From the NCBI GenBank assembly GCA_001784435.1, contig MFQZ01000001.1:220742-284741 (forward strand): DNA of 64,000 nt, in the 5' to 3' direction. How positions within the stretch are numbered: position 1 is the stretch's first letter; each line of letters starts with the position of its first letter. The position numbers were made by a program, and so were the translations under genes. Shown in pieces: positions 58,998 to 64,000 of this stretch. Source of the stretch: Candidatus Magasanikbacteria bacterium RIFOXYC2_FULL_42_28 (lineage in GTDB: Bacteria > Patescibacteriota > Patescibacteriia > Magasanikbacterales > GWA2-37-8). The notes under the pieces are model-generated. The model ran no database searches, was not told the DNA's origin, and saw nothing but the letters and a program-made list of their open reading frames with translations.

Positions 58998-60215
58998 TTA
59001 AATTATTAACATTGCATCCCCAAAACTATAAAAACGATATTTGGCTTTAATCGCTTCGGCGTAACATTTTAAAACAAACTCTCTGTCCCCGGCAAACGCG
59101 GACACAAGCATCAACAGTGTGGACTCGGGCAAATGAAAATTGGTGATAAGCGCGTCCACCACTTGAAATTTAAAACCGGGGGTAATAAAAATATTAATAT
59201 CGCCATCGTACGGCGTGACTTGTCCGTCAAATTTTTGCGCCACTCCTTCCAACGTCCGCACCGTTGTCGTGCCAACCGCTACCACGCGTCGGCCACTGGC
59301 CTTGGCCGCGTTAATTAACCCGGCATTTTTATCAGTAATTTCTACCCACTCGGCGTGCATTTTATGATCTTCAACTTTTTCGGTTTTAACTGGTAAAAAT
59401 GTCCCTAACCCAACATGCAAAGTAACTTCCGCAAACTCCACACCCTGTTTTTTCAATCGCTCAATCAATTCTTCAGTAAAGTGAAATCCGGCTGTCGGCG
59501 CGGCCACTGAACCTTCATATTTGGCATACACGGTCTGATACCGCTCTGCAACATACTCACTTGTCATCCCGAGCGAGGACTCCCGACTTAGTCGGGACGA
59601 GGGATCTCCACCAACAAATGATTGGGATAGAGATTCCTCCTTCGCCGTCGGAATGACAGAAATGTACGGTGGTGTCGGCACTTCGCCATATTTATTCGCC
59701 TTGGCGCGCACAATCGCGTCCGAATCATTAAACTGTAAATCCACCGTGCCATCATCATTTTTAAACATCACCTCGGCAAAAAAATCATCTGCAAAAACCA
59801 CCCTCATCCCCAAGCGCAATTTTTTTCCCGGCTTAGCGAGCGCCCGCCACACCCCCGGATTTTCCATCGGCCGCGTTAAAAATATTTCGACTTTCGGCGC
59901 GTTAAAAATTACATCAGTACACTCAAATTTCCCCGTCCTTTTCAAGGAGGGGGCGAGGGGGTGGTTCGGCACACCCGCGACCTCCTCATCCAACATTACC
60001 GTCCCGCGCAAGCGCGCCTTAAAAACTTTCGTATTATTCCACACCACCAAATCCCCAGCACGCAAATACTTACAAATTTCCGCAAACGAATTTTCATGCT
60101 GAAAAATCTTGCGTTCGCGATCAACCAACATTAACCGCGAAGAATCGCGTGGCGTTGCCGGCGTTTGCGCAATTAGTTCTTTTGGTAAATTATAATTAAA
60201 ATCCGAGGTGAGCAT
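58998..60215 (-). CDS. queA: S-adenosylmethionine:tRNA ribosyltransferase-isomerase with two in-frame repeats
   Basis: LIAQTP, YQTVYA, GSVAAPTAG, TNFHLP and YRFYSFGDAM motifs. Confidence 0.96.
   Translation of the reverse strand: MLTSDFNYNLPKELIAQTPATPRDSSRLMLVDRERKIFQHENSFAEICKYLRAGDLVVWNNTKVFKARLRGTVMLDEEVAGVPNHPLAPSLKRTGKFECTDVIFNAPKVEIFLTRPMENPGVWRALAKPGKKLRLGMRVVFADDFFAEVMFKNDDGTVDLQFNDSDAIVRAKANKYGEVPTPPYISVIPTAKEESLSQSFVGGDPSSRLSRESSLGMTSEYVAERYQTVYAKYEGSVAAPTAGFHFTEELIERLKKQGVEFAEVTLHVGLGTFLPVKTEKVEDHKMHAEWVEITDKNAGLINAAKASGRRVVAVGTTTVRTLEGVAQKFDGQVTPYDGDINIFITPGFKFQVVDALITNFHLPESTLLMLVSAFAGDREFVLKCYAEAIKAKYRFYSFGDAMLII
59562..59658. repeat. Family A inverted doublet, in frame in queA
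   Basis: Encodes [32 protein letters not shown], between PPYI and ERYQTVYA. Confidence 0.95.
59920..59966 (+). repeat. Family C element, in frame in queA (NHPLAPSLKRTGKFE)
   Basis: Near-copy of the intergenic element at 45640-45684. Confidence 0.9.
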
Positions 60216-60218
60216 ATT

Positions 60219-61070
60219 TTATCTAAGATATTTCGCCACATTAACATTATGCTCGTCCAAAGTTTTGGCAAAATGAGTATTACCTTCCGCATCACTCATA
60301 AAATACCAGTAATCGTTTTTAGTCGGATAAATCGTTGCCGCAATCGCCTTTAAACTCGGATTAGAAATCGGCCCGGGCGTTAATCCTAGATACTTATAGG
60401 TATTATACGGCGAATCAATCGCCCGATCAACCGCTGACACCGCCGGCGTATTTTTTCCGGTAATATAATTTACAGTCGCGCAAGATTGCAACGCCCAATT
60501 ACGCTCATATCGGCGCCAAAAAATATCCGCCACCATCGCCATATCTGCACCCGCCGCTTCTTTTTCTACAATTGATGCCATTGTCAAAATTTCAAAAAAA
60601 CTTTTCCCTTGCCGAGTAATTTCCGTACGCATTTCTGGTGTTATACTTTTATCCAATTGATGAAAAAATTTGTAAGCAATTTCTTCCAACCCCCCATCAA
60701 CATAAACTGTGTGTGTCTCTGGTAATAAATACCCCTCATATGAAACTCCGCCTGGTTTACCAACCAATAATTCTCTTAGAGTATTAGTAGCCAAAAACTG
60801 CCAATCCGCAGCCGGCGCAACACCATGCGCGCCAACAGACGGTGGCATACCAAAATTATAAAAAAACTCCTGCTCTGATTTTATCAACCCCTTCGCTTTC
60901 CAATCTTCCGCAATTTGGCGCAAATTCCAACCCGGTTTAACAATAACATCTACGACCGGTCGCGGTGGTGGTGGAATATAGCGATGAGTATAATGCCAAT
61001 AAAAAAAGAACCCAACCGGGGCAAGAATAATAATTAAAATAGAAGCTATTGTAATTTGTCGGACGGACAT
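60219..61070 (-). CDS. mltG: Endolytic transglycosylase MltG (short form)
   Basis: EGYLLPETH, ASIVEKE, SPYNTY and PGPISNP motifs. Confidence 0.92.
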   Translation of the reverse strand: MSVRQITIASILIIILAPVGFFFYWHYTHRYIPPPPRPVVDVIVKPGWNLRQIAEDWKAKGLIKSEQEFFYNFGMPPSVGAHGVAPAADWQFLATNTLRELLVGKPGGVSYEGYLLPETHTVYVDGGLEEIAYKFFHQLDKSITPEMRTEITRQGKSFFEILTMASIVEKEAAGADMAMVADIFWRRYERNWALQSCATVNYITGKNTPAVSAVDRAIDSPYNTYKYLGLTPGPISNPSLKAIAATIYPTKNDYWYFMSDAEGNTHFAKTLDEHNVNVAKYLR

Positions 61071-61078
61071 AGGTGATT

Positions 61079-61196
61079 AATGCCAAATTTCCAATTTCAA
61101 ATTTCAAATCAATGTCAAAATCAAAATATCAAATTTGACCTTTGGCATTTGAAATTTGGATTTGATTTGACATTGGAAATTTGGATTTTGAAATTT
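61079..61196. repeat. Family B inverted heptamer element
   Basis: TGCCAAA TTTCCAA TTTCAAA TTTCAAA ... TTTGACA TTGGAAA TTTGGAT TTTGAAA. Confidence 0.88.
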
Positions 61197-61231
61197 AATT
61201 GATTAATTTACGAATCAAACCTTTGAAAAAT

Positions 61232-61924
61232 TTATACCAGAAATTCCCTCTCTGCCTTCTGATATTTCTCCAACGTATCCGTCGGAAACCACTGCCCATT
61301 ATGCCGATGCGCGAACATTTTCCCAAGCTTGGCGACTTTTTCAAAACAATCACGCTCAATTGACGAAACCCCAACCGGCAAAATGTCCAACACATCCGGC
61401 TCCATAATATACCCGCCGGCATTATTTAAATTTGACGGCGCTTTATCCGGTGTTGGTTTTTCCACAAATTCCAAAATTTTATCTCCTTCTAAGCGCGCGA
61501 TACCATACTGAGTAACGTCTTCAACCGGAAATAAAGACAGGGTCAATTTGGCGTTATTTTTTTTGTGAACTTCAAGCGCCGAAGTCCAATCAAAATCCGC
61601 CAAATTATCCCCGTTAATTGCCAAAAACGTTTCCTTAATTCCTTCAGCCGCTTTTTTCAAAGCCCCACCGGTGCCGAGTGGTTCGCTTTCCACGCAATAA
61701 CTGATTTTCATCCCCCACTTACTCCCATCGCCAAAATAATCTTTAATTTTGTCAGCCATATAACCGATAGACAAAACAATTTTGTCCACGCCATGCTTTT
61801 TAAAATTCAAAATCGCGTGCTCAACAATCGGCTTGCCGTGAATGGGCAAAAGCGGTTTTGGCGTTTCATAGGTTAGAGGGCGTAAACGTGTCCCGAGTCC
61901 TCCGGCCAAAATTATTGCTTTCAT
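61232..61924 (-). CDS. Sugar-phosphate nucleotidyltransferase
   Basis: LAGGLGTRLRPLT, PKPL, EPLGTGG and FVEKP; the 61942 ATG lies inside a repeat, so 61924 is used. Confidence 0.92.
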   Translation of the reverse strand: MKAIILAGGLGTRLRPLTYETPKPLLPIHGKPIVEHAILNFKKHGVDKIVLSIGYMADKIKDYFGDGSKWGMKISYCVESEPLGTGGALKKAAEGIKETFLAINGDNLADFDWTSALEVHKKNNAKLTLSLFPVEDVTQYGIARLEGDKILEFVEKPTPDKAPSNLNNAGGYIMEPDVLDILPVGVSSIERDCFEKVAKLGKMFAHRHNGQWFPTDTLEKYQKAEREFLV

Positions 61925-61936
61925 AATTATATCAAT

Positions 61937-62006
61937 TGTCATTGCGAGGAGCCGTAGCGACGCGGCAATCCCAACGTTAGATTGCCACGCTTCGCTCGCA
62001 ATGACA
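61937..62006. repeat. Family A inverted doublet (GCAAT subtype), intergenic
   Basis: TGTCATTGCGAGGAGCCGTAGCGACGCGGCAATCCC-AACGTT-AGATTGCCACGCTTCGCTCGCAATGACA. Confidence 0.92.
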
Positions 62007-62014
62007 GTAAAAAA

Positions 62015-62551
62015 TTAAAAACTTAAATCCACCACAATTAACAAATAATACGCCAAAACTGCCATAAGACCGGCCAAAGAGGCGCCCCCAACAATATCAA
62101 ACGGATAATGCACTGCCGAATAAACGCGCCCCCAAGCCACCCAAAGCGCCAACCCCAAAAATATCCAAACACTCGGCAATCCATATACTAACGCCATAAA
62201 ACAAAACAAAAACGCCGAAAAAGCGTGATCCGATGGAAAAGATTTCCAAATAGATAAAGGATGAAATAAAAGTCGCACCTCCGGATGTTTTAAATACGGC
62301 CGTGGCTCTTTGACAGCTAATCCAATTAAAATGCTAACAAATATCCCCAAGCCCCACATCGCTCCAAACAAAATCATTCCCAAAAATACCATTCTATTGT
62401 CTGCCTCAAAAACCCGAAATAAATCCACCCCAAACCACCAAGCCATCCCAAAAATCACCCACTGCGCGCCGGCGCGGGAAAACAAATCCAGCCAGCGATA
62501 ACGGCCGGACAGTTTGTTGATGCATAAATAAAGTCGTGCGTTCCAATTCAT
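62015..62551 (-). CDS. PAP2 family phosphatase (undecaprenyl-diphosphatase-like)
   Basis: RP, SFPSDH and RVYSAVHYPFD motifs. Confidence 0.9.
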   Translation of the reverse strand: MNWNARLYLCINKLSGRYRWLDLFSRAGAQWVIFGMAWWFGVDLFRVFEADNRMVFLGMILFGAMWGLGIFVSILIGLAVKEPRPYLKHPEVRLLFHPLSIWKSFPSDHAFSAFLFCFMALVYGLPSVWIFLGLALWVAWGRVYSAVHYPFDIVGGASLAGLMAVLAYYLLIVVDLSF

Positions 62552-62687
62552 ATTTTTGTTTCTTAATTTTACCAGTTAATCCATTTTTACGCAACCCCAA
62601 AATAAGCCAATACTGCGCGATACCACTTGAATTTTTCCACAGAAATGGTATAAATAAATAGCCAGTTAAAATATAAGAAATCAAACT

Positions 62688-64000
62688 ATGGCTGAACAGC
62701 CGTTAATTATTCCACCCGACGCTTTTTTAATCGGAAAACGCGGTAATAGCATCCGCCGGCCAACCGGCTTGCCTGGAATAAGTCAAGATGATAACCCCCT
62801 GGCCAGCGTTTTGAACCCATCTGGATTCGTAAGACAGGGCGATATTTTTATTAAAGACAAGCCAATTGGTGATTTGGGGGTAATTACGGATCTTGCCAGC
62901 GCGCCCAAAGATATTATACAGTCACGCCCTATCAGTACTGAAGAATATTTTGAATTCTCAAAAAATACCCTCACAAAAGTGTTGGCCGCCCACGAAAGCA
63001 AGGGGACATTGCTCGCTTCCGGCCACGACGACCAATTCGTCAATTACCTAGAAACGATACTGGTAGAATCCGGCTTGAAAAAACCCGAGAAACTGGTCCG
63101 AGAGATGACCCTTATCATTAAATCACTGTCATACCAACGAAACAAAGAACTTGAAGAAAAACCCGAAGAAGGCGAAAGAGAGGCGACCTTTTGGATGCGG
63201 GCGATGCCATTTGAACATCCCCAAGCAAAAATTACTAAACGAGACATCAAGGGTGCCGAGGTAATTAAAAAAGATTACCAAGGCGAAGGCACATATGATA
63301 ATTTGAATATTTTATTACTACCGGAAATCTGGCTGTCGATGAACGCGCGCCAACAGGAACTACTTTTGTCCGGAATATTATTTTTATTCAGATACACTGA
63401 AAATACCGCGGATATCAACGCCCCCAGCTTGCTAATCCGTCTAAGCCAAATCACGCGAGAAACCCCAAGCCGTACAATCCGAGAAATGGCCTATGCGATA
63501 ATGACTTCATTGCCATTTGAACAATTGCCCCAAACCGCCAAAGAAACGACTGCGGAAGTAATAATCAAAAACAATGAATATGGCAATGAACTGGCCACCG
63601 CGCTAATCTTTCACGATCGCACCAAAATAGGAGACCGTTTACGCGAGCAGGCTGACCGATTTGAAAAAGAAGTTTTAACCGAACTATCGGTCCCCGTGGA
63701 TAATCTGGCCGCCTATACTCGCCCGCAATGGAACCGACTAACACGCCGATGCATGCAAGTAAATTTATTAAAATTTAACCACCCCGATCACGTTGGGATT
63801 GAAATTGAAATAGCGCCATTTGATAAAAATCCACAAAGCGGAGTAGCAGATATAGATCGTTTAAAGAAAAAAATTGGAGCCGACTCCCCTTTAAGTAGTT
63901 GTGGGGTTGATCGAGACTGTATTGAGGTTAGAAGCGGAAATAACGGATTCATACCGAATCTCAAAAACATGGAACATCTGGCAAATCACTTAAAAAGAAT
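62688..64000 (+). CDS. Large hypothetical protein, runs off the right window edge
   Basis: Not in the ORF track. Hand translation is open from ATG 62688 (MAEQPLIIPP...) to the edge, at least 437 codons; contains VGIEIE near the end. Confidence 0.8.
   Translation, partial: MAEQPLIIPPDAFLIGKRGNSIRRPTGLPGISQDDNPLASVLNPSGFVRQGDIFIKDKPIGDLGVITDLASAPKDIIQSRPISTEEYFEFSKNTLTKVLAAHESKGTLLASGHDDQFVNYLETILVESGLKKPEKLVREMTLIIKSLSYQRNKELEEKPEEGEREATFWMRAMPFEHPQAKITKRDIKGAEVIKKDYQGEGTYDNLNILLLPEIWLSMNARQQELLLSGILFLFRYTENTADINAPSLLIRLSQITRETPSRTIREMAYAIMTSLPFEQLPQTAKETTAEVIIKNNEYGNELATALIFHDRTKIGDRLREQADRFEKEVLTELSVPVDNLAAYTRPQWNRLTRRCMQVNLLKFNHPDHVGIEIEIAPFDKNPQSGVADIDRLKKKIGADSPLSSCGVDRDCIEVRSGNNGFIPNLKNMEHLANHLKR

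Noticed and set aside
61232-62551. Read-through fusion of PAP2 and the nucleotidyltransferase across the repeat doublet
   Set aside because: The two genes are in frame with one TAA between them, but this has a fair chance of being coincidence and no recoding signal is visible.

Overview
This 64-kb window comes from a small-genome bacterium whose gene content and order look like Patescibacteria/CPR (inference; standard genetic code). Most of it is housekeeping: argS, tyrS, valS, a short aspS, gap, pgk, eno, two gpmI, scpAB, rpsB-tsf, rpmE-prfA-prmC, rplY, uvrA/B/C, rodA, gyrB, secE-nusG-rplK, queA and mltG. It also holds a 2732-aa surface protein and two small accessory clusters. I found no rRNA, tRNA, CRISPR array or transposase. 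Three things are not explained by the gene list. (1) Three families of short repeats lie between genes and are also inserted in frame inside at least nine core genes (argS, valS, pgk, prmC, uvrA, uvrB, uvrC, gyrB, queA), so unrelated proteins carry the same peptides. The families are TGTCAT-capped REP/RPE-like hairpins, 7-nt tandem repeats, and C-rich/G-rich hairpins. (2) Each of two NYN (PIN-like) nuclease genes is faced at its 3' end by a convergent promoter-hairpin-U-tract unit, a candidate nuclease/small-RNA module. (3) Two orphan units share one layout: promoter, strong Shine-Dalgarno, GC-rich small ORF, long imperfect hairpin. All product calls come from motif recognition by eye; no database search was run.
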